A stretch of 64,000 bases of DNA from Rhizodiscina lignyota. Taxonomy: Eukaryota. Below the pieces are notes generated by a model that saw nothing but the letters and a program-made list of their open reading frames with translations, did not search any database and was not told the DNA's origin. The number at the start of each line of letters is the position of its first letter. Position 1 is the first letter of the stretch. Where the stretch lies: assembly GCA_010015805.1 (NCBI GenBank), contig ML978124.1, positions 1,922,001 to 1,986,000 of the forward strand. Reading direction: 5' to 3'. Positions 26,622 to 39,653 of the stretch are shown piece after piece. The position numbers were made by a program, and so were the translations under genes.

Positions 26622-26956
26622 CGAAGTTCTCTGTGAGGTCGGAGGTTACAGAAGCGGTGTGGCCGTTTGTCAATTGATTATTTGCATCAAATTCCATTTG
26701 AATGTGAAATGATTAACGAGCGTCGAGCGAATGTTGCGCGTACACTCAAGATCCTGGGTCGAGATGTTGTTGGTAAACAGACGCTAGACAGTGGTATGGC
26801 TAATATTCGGATAACCCAGGATCGGCATCAGCCACACGGCGGAAAGAGGCTGATCCCTGCATTCTCGTCAACGAATGATAGATATATGAGAATCGCACTT
26901 TTAAATTGATTCTAAGCCATTAAAATTGAATATTTTCAGGTCTGGAGGCTCTAAAT

Positions 26957-27747
26957 ATGGCAACAGCAGATGCAAAAGTTGTCTCAACAGAGCCATTGGT
27001 CAGTGGATTATATCAAATCGCGGCCGTCGTGCTGATAACCATCAACAGGAGATCAAAGATGCGAAATGGACGACGCTCGTTCTGTAAATCCAACGTACTG
27101 CTACCATGCCCCAGTTCATATAGACTAACACCTTACATAGGATCAATTACACGGATCCACTTGGCCGCAAGCGAACTTGGGAGGCCGCTCAACGTCCTAC
27201 AAGACCAGCAAACAGCGCCGTTGATGGCGTAGGCATTGTAGCGATCCTAGAAAAGCCAGATGGACCAGAAATCCTCCTGCAGAAGCAGTTCCGACCGCCC
27301 GTGAACAAGATCTGTATCGAGGTGCCCGCAGGGCTTGTTGATGAGGGCGAGAGTGCTGAGCAATCTGCGGTTCGAGAGCTTAAGGAAGAGACCGGTTATG
27401 TTGGCGAGGTACTGAGTGAAGGATTCGGCATCTCGCCTGTTATGTTCAATGGTATATTTGGTTCTCTTGATCACTACTTCTAGGGGGCGCGCTGACCAAA
27501 GTTAGATCCCGGATTCTGCAATACGAATCTCAACATGGTGCACGTATCCGTCGATATGTCCAAGCCGGAGAACCAAAATCCTCAGGCAGAGTTGGAGGAG
27601 AACGAGTTCATCGAGTGCTTCTCCGTCCCACTGAAGGACCTGTACTCCGAATGTCGCCGGTTGGAGAAGGAAGGGTGTGCGATCGACGCCCGTGTAGGGA
27701 CATTAGCGGAGGGAATCGAGCTTGCAAGAAGATGGAAGGTGTTATGA
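26957..27747 (+). CDS. YSA1: Nudix hydrolase, ADP-ribose pyrophosphatase type, 3 introns
   Basis: LQKQFRPP, Nudix box PAGLVDEGESAEQSAVRELKEETG, DPGFCN, IDARV. Confidence 0.88.
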
Positions 27748-27907
27748 TCTTTAAGATGTTTCTAGCTTGCGCTGTCTCTCTACAAGGGGGCTTTAGACCA
27801 ACTGGACCGGTAACTCCATGCGATGCAACAGTCTGAAATATATAGGTAGATGAATCGCCCAAGATAAACTCCCAAAAGTAGATCGAAATGAACCAGCTCT
27901 TTCCCAC

Positions 27908-29961
27908 CTAAAAAGCGCTCGTATCCATGTGCCCATTTGCGCCGTTGCCATTCGGTCCATTCAATGACTCCGCTTGTTGCTTCGTGATTTCATCCAGGCA
28001 GTTCGCGCTTGCCGCGAGGAAGCCCAAGTAGGGTCTGCTGGGATCTAGTACGCGGCTCAGGTACTCTGGATGGAACTGTACGCCCACAAACCAAGGGTGG
28101 TCCTTCAGCTCGATGATCTCCATCCTCACACCTTGATCATCTTTGCCAATGAAAGTGAGGCCAGCAGATTCGAGTTGTTCGACATACTCGGGGTTCACTT
28201 CGTACCGGTGGCGATGTCTCTCCAAGATTTCGCCGTTTTTGTCTTTGTAGAGCTTTCGAAGCTTGCTCCACTCGCTGTCTGGCTGGAAGAGAGTTGGTCG
28301 GAGTCCAAGTCGCATGGTTCCGCCCATCACTTCTTTGTTAATCTCCGGCATGTAAACAATGACATTGCTGGCACCAGTGGTCCCCGCGAATTCTTCGGAT
28401 GTGGCATTCGTTATTCCGCAAACGCTACGCGCATAGTCAATTACGGCGACCTGCATTCCCAAGCATATGCCCAAGTAAGGCCGGCCATTCTCGCGTGCCC
28501 ACTTCGCAGCGACCACCATGCCCTCTATGCCTCGGTTGCCGAAACCCCCTGGAACAAGTACGCCATCCGCAGTGCACATATCGTGCCATGCCTTGTGATA
28601 CTTGGCGGTGTCTTTACTGGAACTCTTGGATTCAAGATGTTCCGAGTCGACCCAGACGATCTTAAGTTTCCGTTTGCACTTCATGGCGCAGTGTTCGAGA
28701 GATTTGATGACACTAAGGTACGAATCGTGAAGGTCGATGTATTTCCCGACAAGTGCGATAGTGACCGTCTCAAGGTATCCATGATGCCCAGCCAAGGTGA
28801 GCGTCTTCCATTGGTTCCAGATGTCATGACCCTTCTTAACAAGCAGCTGTGAAAAAGTGCAGTTGTCGAGTCGGAGACTACTTCGCAGTAAAGGAATGAA
28901 GCCTTGTTCTTCGAGGAGGATCGGAACCTGATAGATGGAAGGCATGTCACGGACAGCGACGACCTGCTCGTCTTCAACCTGACAAAAGCGCGCAATCTTC
29001 TCGACAGTCCCTTTATCAAGGGGACGCTCGCAACGGCATGCAATCTACTTTTCGTCAACCATACGCGTATACAACGCACTATAAGTGTCATACCAAGTCC
29101 GGAATGAGACCTGCACTGCGGACAGCCTTGATAGTTTGCTGTGTGGGCTTCGTCTTCTGCTCCCCGTTGATGACAGGGATGTATGAGACATGGATGTTCA
29201 TGAAGTTGTTCCTCCCAGCTCTTCTTCGCAGCTGGGTCATGGCCTCCACGAACGGCATGCTCTCAATATCACCTATCGTTCCACCGAGCTCTATAATGCA
29301 CACGTCTGGCTCCTCATTGGTATCATCCACTGGAATTTTTGCGACCCTTTCGATCCACTCTTGAATCGCATCCGTGATGTGCGGGACGACTTGTACAGTC
29401 TTTCCCAGGTATGAACCCTTTCGCTCCTCATCGATGACATGTTTGTATATCTTTCCGGTCGTGATATTATTCTCTCGAGTGAGTGTGATGTTTAGGTATC
29501 GCTCGTAATTTCCAAGGTCGAGGTCAACCTCACCGCCGTCGTCCAGGACAAAGACCTCCCCATGCCTGCAAAGTTGTTAGTAATATGTTTGTCAAGAGTC
29601 GCTGAGAACACATACTCCATGGGGCTCATGGTGCCTGCATCGACATTGAGATACGGGTCGATTTTGATCGACGAGACGTATAGCTATTGTTAGCTAGTTG
29701 TATCCACATCTGAGCGCCACAAAGACGCGTCAATTTGGGACACATATCTTCAATCCAATTGTCTTGAGCAGTAGTCCGGTGGAAGAGGCTACGACGCGTC
29801 AGTAGGCATTCGTTTGTCGCGTTCGACGCGACGGTGGTAAATTTTCTCCATACCAATAATGCCTTTTCCAACCCCGCTAATCACACCTGCAGAGCATCAA
29901 CATGAGTTTGAATGTGATTATCTGATTCACACTGACCGCCAGATACCAGTACATATTTCAT
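27908..29961 (-). CDS. URA7: CTP synthase, 5 introns (one AT-AC)
   Basis: [62 protein letters not shown]; glutaminase triad intact. Confidence 0.97.
29678..29747 (-). other. Non-canonical AT-AC intron (U2-type signals) in CTP synthase
   Basis: Minus strand: ...GGA TTG AAG | ATATGT...GCTAAC AATAGCTATAC | GTC TCG TCG ATC AAA ATC GAC CCG; removal gives [16 protein letters not shown]. Confidence 0.82.
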
Positions 29962-30776
29962 TTTGGCGATTGCGCGTGTATGTGTTGCCTTCCCTCGACA
30001 GGAGAGGGGGAAGAGAGAAATAGAGAGTGCGCAAATCCGCTGCGTGCATATGTAAACTCGACCAAGCGGTGGGGCACCCTTGTCGAGTCAGACACTGCCA
30101 ATCGGGGTACCTTGCTGATGTTGAACGAGACCGAGACAACGAGAGACGTAGCTGCGGAACGACTTGATATTTATATATAACCGCTTTCGTGTTTATGCTG
30201 GTGTTAAAGTAAGTATCATTTAAGTGTTATATATTGCCTGAAGCTGCCAAGCAGTGAATGGCTTTATTCATAACTTTCAAGGCCCTGGAGTGCTACAATA
30301 GTGTGTAGCCTCCGCAATCAATACAATTCACCAAAAAGTTGGCACCATGTTATTATTATATACACCCCAAAGTACATACAATAGCGCTTCAGAGACAGCC
30401 TCTTTGTCTTGATGTGCAAGAGCTGCTTGCCCCAAACGCGTTACAGCTTGCACAGTGGGCAACCACTTTGTCACAATCGAGGCCACCAGAAACGATTAGA
30501 ACATTCATTTGCAAAACTCTATTGCTGCTAAGAGCGGCATATCAGATATTAATGCAGTCCTACAATGTCGCCTCGTGCGTGGTCGTGTTCTCCACATAGT
30601 CGTAACCAGCATCATAGCTTCCAATCCTGCCTCTTCGAAGACCAGCTCCCGGAGCGACAGAATGGGGTCTGCATAATGGATAAATATGCAAATGCGTAAT
30701 TTCCATCAACATAGAGGGTATCTTCGACAATACCAAACCCGACCATGCCCTATCACAACCAATGATGTATTTCCTG

Positions 30777-32281
30777 TTATGAACCCGAATCCTTACGCCG
30801 TCTTTGCCTTGGCCGCTCCTCTTCTCTCGCTTCAGCCCCTTGCTCTTCGCCTGCCTCACTGATGCTTTGCCTCTTTCTCGCAAGCGCTTTCTCGTTTCCC
30901 TTCTTGACCTGAATGTTGCAACCTTGCAGTTTGAGCGCTCTTGTCAATGCACTGCTCGGCCGCATACCAGGGAAATCTTTGGCGGTATACACGGTGAAGA
31001 CGTCGCTAACCACATCCGTGAGGATGGGAGAGAAGCCACCGACGTGCATATTCGCCGGATCCAGGCGCATCAACACGAATCGAAGCCGATATCTGCCATG
31101 CGTCCTGCACGACAGGTCTGGGAAGCAGAAGAAGCAGCCTTCCACGTCGTGCTCATCTTTTGCCACTGAAGGTGAGGCTACCAGTTGGCCCATTAAGCGT
31201 CGTGTTCGCCGGCGATCTGGCTGTTCTAGCGCCGTCTCCTCGGTGAGACCATCTGCGCTCCACAGTGTGCAGTGAACGACGTTGAGTGAGTAGCGAAGCT
31301 CATCAATGTCTGACGTGCCTGTCGTTGGATCTCGTACAAGAAGCTGTATGATAGGAGGGGGATCTATTACACGCCGATCTCGCTCACCAAAGCCGCACGC
31401 TCGCGCGGCTATGGGTTGCTGCCGTACCCTCAACTCATACTGCAATGGTCTGCGCATTTGGTTAGACTCTCAAAGCGTTTCAATTGAGGTCATATCACTC
31501 ACGATCTCTCTAATACCGGCACAGGATGAGGGACTGGGCCTGATAATGTTGGTGGAGGGACCTGAACAGGAGCCGGCGCCTGGAGAGGAGCTGGAGCATT
31601 CTCACCATGCGAAGTTGGGCCATATACCGAACTAATAGATCCACGGTGAGCAGTGGGATGACTTCGATACGACGTGCCGCTCGGAGCGTATGTGGGGGTG
31701 TAGCTTGGTGATGGAATTGGTCCCTGCTGCTGTTGTCGGTACGCAGAATCTCCCGGCGAAAGATAAGATGGCTCCAGCACACGACCTGGATGCCGCGGTT
31801 CCTCAATTACATAGCGATCTGATCCAGGCGGTCTTGCGGCTGGAGGGGGTCCAAGGAACGATCTCGGTGGCGTGCGCCTTTGCTCATGAATGGGGGAGAA
31901 TTCTGGTTCCGACTTTGGCGGCGTACTTGGTTGCGGAGAGAGTAAATTTGCCAATGGCGCTGCGGATTCCGATGGCGGACGAGTCTGTGAATGCCTAGCA
32001 GCTGCCGGAGGTGGAGGCACTGGCCCTGTGGTCTGCGCCGGAGCCGAATGGATTGCTGCCAACTGAGGCAAAGTCGGATGGTTCCCTTGCTGATATTCAG
32101 CTCGACCAGGTGGTGGGGGAATTGTTAATGGCGGAAGTTGAAAGGCATGAGGAATGCGACGAGGTGAGAAGTCCGGAAATGGCGGTGGGAGAATTGGAGC
32201 GCTCTGAATCTCGGCCATAGTTGCAGAAGATGCTGGAGGACCTTGAGAATACGAAGGCGAGGGGAACGAATGGCTTGACAT
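30777..32281 (-). CDS. velC: Velvet-domain transcription factor, VelC type, 1 intron
   Basis: Pro-rich N-terminus then C-terminal velvet domain YELRVRQQPIAARACGFGERDRRVIDPPPI...FPDLSCRT.G.YRLRF...FTVYTAKDFPGM. Confidence 0.88.
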
Positions 32282-35200
32282 GCGTAAAACATTACCGACC
32301 CAGTTGCCTACGCCGGACCAAACACCATTTGGGAAACAATGTTCTATCGGGACGAACGGGAGTTCACCAAGTCGCAGAGAATTGGCCGTGGGCTGCAACT
32401 TGGTGAGGCCGTTAGTAATGGAGGCCTGCGGCGGATAGTATGGTGTGGCAAGATCACGCTGCTTATACGCAGAAGAGGTATGAGCAGAAGCCCTGGTATG
32501 GACTACTTTGTATATGGATCGACAGGCGTTGGATCGTCATGCCGTGAGCAATGCTCCAGCACCCGCTACCCACCTGCACCGCCGCCGGCACTTGGACAGT
32601 TCCCAGGATTTAGGATAGCACTCCCTGAACATGTGTGACAGGCAACCGAGGCTTGGTTGACTCAAATTCGCCGAACGGGGAGCTGGACAGGGCGTTTGCG
32701 ACTAGACAGGGCAATATCGAAGCGTTGATCCCAGGGCCTAGTGGCAAGGCTGGTCCGGCGCGAAAGAGAGCGCTTTGGCGCTCTGGAGTGAGGACAATTG
32801 CTCTCAAGGACGCATCAGAGTGTCGATGCTGCAGATGTGAGAATCAAGGGCAGCAGGGAAGGGCCTCGCGCTGGGTATTTAATTCTTTGGGGAAAATAAA
32901 ATGGAACACGCCCAACGAGCTGGACCAACGAACGTGCGCACCAAGACATCCAGTGCGTCGCTACGAGAATCGGGAAGAGAAATGTCTCGAGTGTGGCTCT
33001 GTGTAGCACGCTGCTTGCGAGAATGCGGTTAGGTTGACTTGCTGGACTAGACGTATTCTCGTCTCACAAACGTTCTTTGTCCCCCTTCGTTCGCCTGCGC
33101 ACAAGGACAGCATTAGCCACAACCAATCTGATAGGAAGCTTTTGCCGTGAGCGACCGAGCTGTGGCAGCAGTCCGCTGGCCGGACCCACGCTGATCCAGA
33201 GGTTGGGTCTGGCGGGCCACTGTCCGTTCGGCAGCTCAGGCTCTGGCACTGGCACTGCTGTTGCGCGCCAGTCCGACGAGCTCGCAGAAGGGAGCGGCCT
33301 AGTAAGGAGGAGGGAAAAGCGGAGCTCACTGAGCTGTCATGGCACCCGACAGCAGGCAAACCGGCGCGCTCGACGCGCTCAAGACGGTAAGAAGCCGTGC
33401 CTAAATGGTTAATAGCAGGCCGGAGAGCCTCTGGACGGCGCGCTGGCCGAGTAAGCCCCATCGCAACATGGCAAAGTTGCATGATATCCGCACGCCTGGG
33501 AGATGGTCAAGCCTCTTTTGGCCTTTGCAGGGTCATGGTGTGACATCTGCAACTGTTGTGCGGTGCGCAGCCAGGCATCTTCGATCTTCGACCGCGGCCG
33601 CCCCTGTCGCGACGTTCGACGTTCGAACCTGGAAGTGATCGCAATCGTGGGCGCCGCCAGCAAATCACCGCAATCAGCAGCCTTTAGACATTGTTTCGTG
33701 TAAACAGTGCCGCCCGCCGCGCTTCTAGAAGGCCGCCTCCGGATTGCCATGCATGCAGCGAAGCGCCCGAGACGTGTCGGCATCGAGCAGCATTGCACCT
33801 CGCGCCGCTACTGCTCACGATCCGCTGTCGTGCAAGAGGTGTTCGCTGGACCGCAATCACAGAAGGGACAAAACCTTGGAAGCCACGTGCAAGGGCAGAC
33901 GACATCATCTTAGCGCAAACGGTCGTCGGCCGTTTTGGTCGAGCTGAGTGGGTTGTTCTGCGCCTCTGCTTCCCTTAGCGGCGGCGTGCGCGCTGGGGAG
34001 GCCTTGTTCGGACCTCATCTCTCCCCCACTCAGTTCCACCTCCCACCTCCCTCTGAAACCCCAGCTCGAGCGCACCGGCGCTGCCAATCCTGCGTCGAGG
34101 ATGACAAAAGAATGGAGTCCCCTGAGGCTCGAACGCGTGCCGCAGAAATGAGTTTTGCTCTTCGGCGCTGGCGAGAGCGTGTCTGGATGCTTGATTTGAT
34201 ATGCTTCAGACGGTACTCATGACAAGGTCACCGCTGCAATGCGCACATCGGCATTGACTGGAGAGTATAGACATCCCGGAGGTGTGTAGGCACGGCTCGA
34301 CTTTTCGGTCATCTTCGATCCTGCTCCTACTCGCCTTCACATTGGCTGCCGGATCAGCCCGTTTCACGTCCGAAAGAAGCAGTGTGGCCAACCTTCTCGT
34401 CCCCAGACTCGGGAACGCTTCCGGACAAGTATACTTATCGGGAAGAGCATGAAGAGCGCTTGATCGTTGACGCCTTGGCACACCTCGCTGACGATTTCGC
34501 CTTTCGCAGGGGTTGTAGGCTAGCCCAGCACTCTTCGTACCGTCTGACCAAAAGCTCTCATCAACCGCTCGGCGCTACGAATATTGCCCTGCCAATTCTC
34601 CGGACGCCCGATTAACGGTGCACAGGTGGAGAGGGCTGGGGTCGTCCCGATCAGGACGCCCTCCTTTTCATGATACCTCTCTGGGAAGGCTTCTCGCTAA
34701 GCAAAGGCCGTTTTGAGGCTCTTGCATCGTGGGATGCTGAACGGACAACCCTACAAGGTTCCACTCTGCGAATCTGAGATGCCCCAGGCAGATTTTAATG
34801 ACAAACATCTTGGAAACATGGCTGGAAGTCGCTAAGCCCGACGACGATCATTACCACAACCCGGACTTCAAGGTATCCCACTTCTCGCGGTCTGACCAAG
34901 TGAGAAGCCTCCCCTCGCCCGGAACTGACAAAACAGTTGCGCCACAGCTACGACACGACAAATTGTTCAGCTGCGCGGCCTCTTTAATCAAGATGGGTCA
35001 TCCTTTTATGTATGCTGTGCAATCTCGATAAACGCTGGCTAATTAATATTAGGCTATGCTTTCGTGGACGCTCTTACTTGCATTGGAGAGTGAAACTGGT
35101 TTGTACTACCTCTATTCGAGCCTCATCGGTGTCAGCTATTCTGTCACGTTCGAGATTGTCTCATAAATGAGTGGCAAGGACAGGACAATGAGAGTTCCCA

Positions 35201-38200
35201 GTTTGCGAACTCAATCAGACGGTTTTCGAACCAATCATTGCCATCGCCGTTTATGCACAGCAAGGGCTATTGCGCGGAGCACGTTCATATGTGGAGCAAG
35301 CCCTCACCGGGCTGGAACTCGGCACCAGGGATTGTGTCGACATGGATTATTATGCTAGTCAACTCTCCAGATTGGGCCCACAAAGGCGGCAATAACGGCC
35401 TTGTTCCCGCGTTTAGAAGCCGGGCCAATACATCACACACACCATGATCTTAGGTGGTGGTTGTTATTACCTCGAACTCGACCTTCCTAAAGGATGAGGA
35501 TGCTCAATAGAAGCTTAGATTTGACCGTACAGCATCGCAATTACAATGGGCCCAGAATCGACATCACCCTCGATCCTGGATTCCTGACTCTTGAGAGCAA
35601 CAACTGCGATTTGACTCTCAGCCTTGCACTTGTTGATCGTTTGCAGTCAGTCAGGACGGCTACCACGGCTACCGCACCCAGATTGGACTCAGTTCGCTCA
35701 TAATCCAATCCACTGGAATATATGGGTCGTTTCATACCAGAGGCGAAGCTTGTTATGAACCTTGCTTCATCCCTCATCGCTCACCGCAACTCTAAAGTCA
35801 CCCCAATTGCTAACATTTTGCGGCTGCTGGAGGTGAAGCTGCATGTCTTGCTGTATCCATCATCGCTCGTCGCTTACGGCTAGCCGCTACAGTCCGACAG
35901 CTTACACTGACCTTGCCCTTACTGGGGTTGACGTTGGCCGTGCAAGCCTCTGTAACAAAATGCCCAATTCAAGAAGTCACAAGATGTAGTGGCTCTCCAT
36001 ACCATCGGCACGCCAATCCCATTTTGGACGCATACCTTACCTCTAAGCGCCTTCAAAATCTGGTGTTTCATTTTACATGATCAAGCCAGTCACGAATGTA
36101 TGTGCTGTCGGAGATCGGGATCAAAAAAACAAAATTCGAATCGCCTTTCCTCACGCCTTCACTTTCATGCAAGATCTACCGGTAGGCGGAGGGACTTGAC
36201 AATTCTCCGGCAGTTTCTCCTCTTGAAACACTTCAACGGTTGAACTGTTTTACACCTCACCCAAATATTGCGCCTTGAAGCACGCTCTAATAAGCATCAC
36301 TGCCTCTTTATTGATCTTGTAGTGTTCTCTCGGATAGCAGGAGCATCCGAGACCGACACGGGCTGATTAATTCTAAGAGATTTGCTCCCTCCACAGCCTC
36401 ACTTAAGCATGCTGAAGCCTGAACGTGGAGAGTGAGCTTCCCTCTCGAGGCTCGCTCTGACTCGTTCCGGTGGGCGCTGACCGAACTTCCTGAGTCTTGA
36501 CAACTGAAGTTTCTCATTGACTTGGATCGGCCTGCACTGGCGATCATTGGGTATTGGATACCAGTCTCCTGGACCGTCCTCGATCAGGAGTCGGACTTGC
36601 AGGTGGAGTTAATACTTCCGCTGAGGGTTTCTCCGCTTTCCCAATGTCTTCACCCATCTTCACAAGTTCCACTCCTTTCTGCAAATGCATCGATTGGGCT
36701 TTCCCCACCGATTCTTCGAGACGCGGTGACTGATAGCCATCAAGCCGACAGACGACCGATCTGTATCCTTGCAATCTGCTTCGGCAAGTTGGTCATGAGA
36801 TCCCGCGTGCAGGGGTGGCGGATCTAGGTCTCAATTATCAACGACGACCTTGTACATAGGTGAGTAGTTATAATGCCAAGATGGTGTGGCTAACTCGCCA
36901 ATCGTGCATCCGTGGAGGGGAACGGAATATGCCCCTCAGATGCATACCTGAGTTTTCCGTTTCACAAAACTTGACGTACGGCCATATATGTTGAAGCTGA
37001 TTAAGAGTCGCCAGTGTACTCAGAGTTGAAATCTCCTTCATTGAGAGCCTAGCACAGTCAATCGATCTGCGCGTTGTGTGCTCGGCTTACTTACACAGTC
37101 TTGACATTATAATTGCTGCCCTCCACACAAGCAAGGTTACCATGTCAGGGACGGTGCGAACCGCACAGAGTAACTCCTCTTGCTCTACCTACATTATGCT
37201 CTCATCATGTAGGAAGCTGCGTCTGCCTGAGGCACGATTGGTTAGTGGAGAAGCGCATTTCGCGCAGTACGTACCTCGCGCAGCGCGCTCCGCATGACGT
37301 ATCGCCTAATTGCAACATGTCCCGATAAAACCGACGGCAAAGCGATGCAAATGCGGAGTCGACTTCGAAGAAACATCAATCGGGCCACAGCTGCAGAGAC
37401 AGGCAGCTGGATGCTGTTGCCTGGGTCACCTGCCGTCTCTTCACCGCATCTTTAGACTTTACCTCTGAATCCTCTGGCGGACTCTTTGGGTGGTTGATTT
37501 GGTCTGGGTGGACTGATGCTCAACAACAGGCCCAGGTTGAGACACAAGCCCTACCTCGCCCAGCGACATGCACTGATTACCTCGTCGGGTGTGTGCTACG
37601 CTGCTCTGCCAGGGTTACATTGACGCAGCAATTGCTTTATCAGAGCGCTTTTCACGCGTTGTGTCAATTTCGACGGCAAAGTCGCAACTCGACCTTGGTG
37701 GTCGGTGATGCTATAGAGCACATTGTAAGTGAGACTCCGACCGGATCATGCCTGTTGTGACAGTTAGGCAGTAAGGTACCAAATCCTGCATTGCGGACAT
37801 GACTCGCCAGTAGATTACTATTCCGGCCGGGCCGTAAGCAGAGGGACACAGGATCCGTTACCCACCGTGTCCCGTGCTCCTTCAACATGCCATGATAGCA
37901 GATCTTCGTGCAAGTGAGCACTACGTACAGCGCAGCCCGGCCACTTCGCAAGTGCTGAGCGGCTTCGCTCGCTGCCGCACCAATACATTTGGGCACGCAC
38001 GGGAGCAGATTTAAGCTTAAGACTGGAAGAAGGGTGCTAATCTGACATGTCATGACTTCCGTCTGCGGGAGCACAGGACCGACCTCGGGGGTGCAAATTG
38101 CATGCGGGATGCTCCCGCTCGTCCTGGTGTCTGATCCTTCATGCTTGCCGACGCTCACGATCCCGAGAGTCGCTGGTATACTGTCGCGCCTGGCCGTTGC

Positions 38201-39653
38201 AGCCATCCCCGCCTTCTCGTCACACCCGCGTCTGGCGAGAGAGCGTTCTTCCTTGCATCTTTGCGTCTTCATTCCAAGACGTCGTCGGGATCGCGGGGAG
38301 CGTCCAGTCGCGCAAATCGTCGAGCTGCTATGCCTTCAAGCAGAGCAGAAGCGACCTCCGTCCCGCCTCCGCCCGCAAGCAACTCGGACGGCTTCGAAGG
38401 GTAAGTGTACTTGCATCCGGCCGACACTATAGGCAGTGCTTTGCGGAAGGCTCCTTGCCCTGCTTAGACCCAAAGTAGTCGGTACCAACCCACTCATGCC
38501 CACACCACCAAGTTGCAAACTGCGTCGTCGGACCTGATCGCTGTTTCGAGATGCATTGCCTCATCCAAGCATGTCAAAACGCCGACCTCATGCGGCAAAA
38601 CGGCGAGGCCTGCCAGTGCGCAGGGCCGAGAGGACGTTGCAAACGCCACGCCAACGCCTGGCTCGCTGTGGAGCTTCAGTGGTAACCTTGTAGCACAAGG
38701 GCAGGAACAGCTCATCAACATGCGGCTTCACGACAGTGACGGAGTGACGCAGACACGCGAACGGCAGCAGCGTCATCCCTTCAGCAGTGACGCCTTCATG
38801 CTCCACGAACCCTTTCTTGCCGCGCCGACTGCTGCTTCGCTACAATGCTGCGGTTACTTTGCGCCGCACTCGGGCCACTCCATGCCCTGTTGTCTTTGCG
38901 TGCTGCCCCTGACGTGCAGGCCAGACAACCGCCGAGTGTTGTAGCGAACTCATCGACATGCCATGCACTCGCAGCGCGATGCCTTCTCCAGAAGAGAAGA
39001 AGCAATACACCACGCAATCAGCATGCTCGCTTGCGCCGTTTGCATCGGCGCCCGCTGGCCTCGCGCCCATGGTTGTTTGGTTGGCGGCGCGACTCAGCTC
39101 GGCCAATTCTGCTCCCTTTTAATCCTGGACCAAACTTTCAAAAGTACGATGCATCAGCTGAAGTCCGGCACAGGACGGACGTATATCTCGCAAACTTCCC
39201 CCTTCTCATCTCGTGTCTCTACCTCTCGTCTCTCACTCCGCTCTCACCATAACGCACTTTCCTCTTCCAATTTCGCAGTTGGTCCGAATGTTTCACATCT
39301 ATATAACATTCTCTGCGTGGCGCTTCGTAAGCTTACCTCGAGCACCTCTCGTAACGTCCGCCATTTGCAAAAAGAATCAGCGCTAGAGAGTCCGCGTTAG
39401 CGCCCAGCAGCGGATATCTAAACGCCAAAGGGTCCCTCGTTTCCAATCAGACGGGAGCCGTTCGGGGATTTCGGCGCGCATATATCAACGCTTTCGCATC
39501 GACGAGTCGTGCCTCTGGGGCCTTCCCATATCCGGCTTACCCGCATATTGGATGTGTCTATTGGAGGGCTTTAGTCTAAACAGCCGACTTATATTTTGAC
39601 AGCGATTCCCGCAGCCTGCGAAAATCTCGACTTTGGGTGAAGCCAGCCAAACA

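Noticed and set aside
29678..29747. Reading the AT-AC intron as U12-type or as a stwintron
   Set aside because: No ATATCC donor or TCCTTAAC branch; 70 nt is too short for two nested introns and no internal splice recreates a GT donor.
36974..37000. ACGTACGGCCATA resembling the 5' end of fungal 5S rRNA
   Set aside because: Similarity stops after ~13 nt; no internal boxes or complementary 3' stem.
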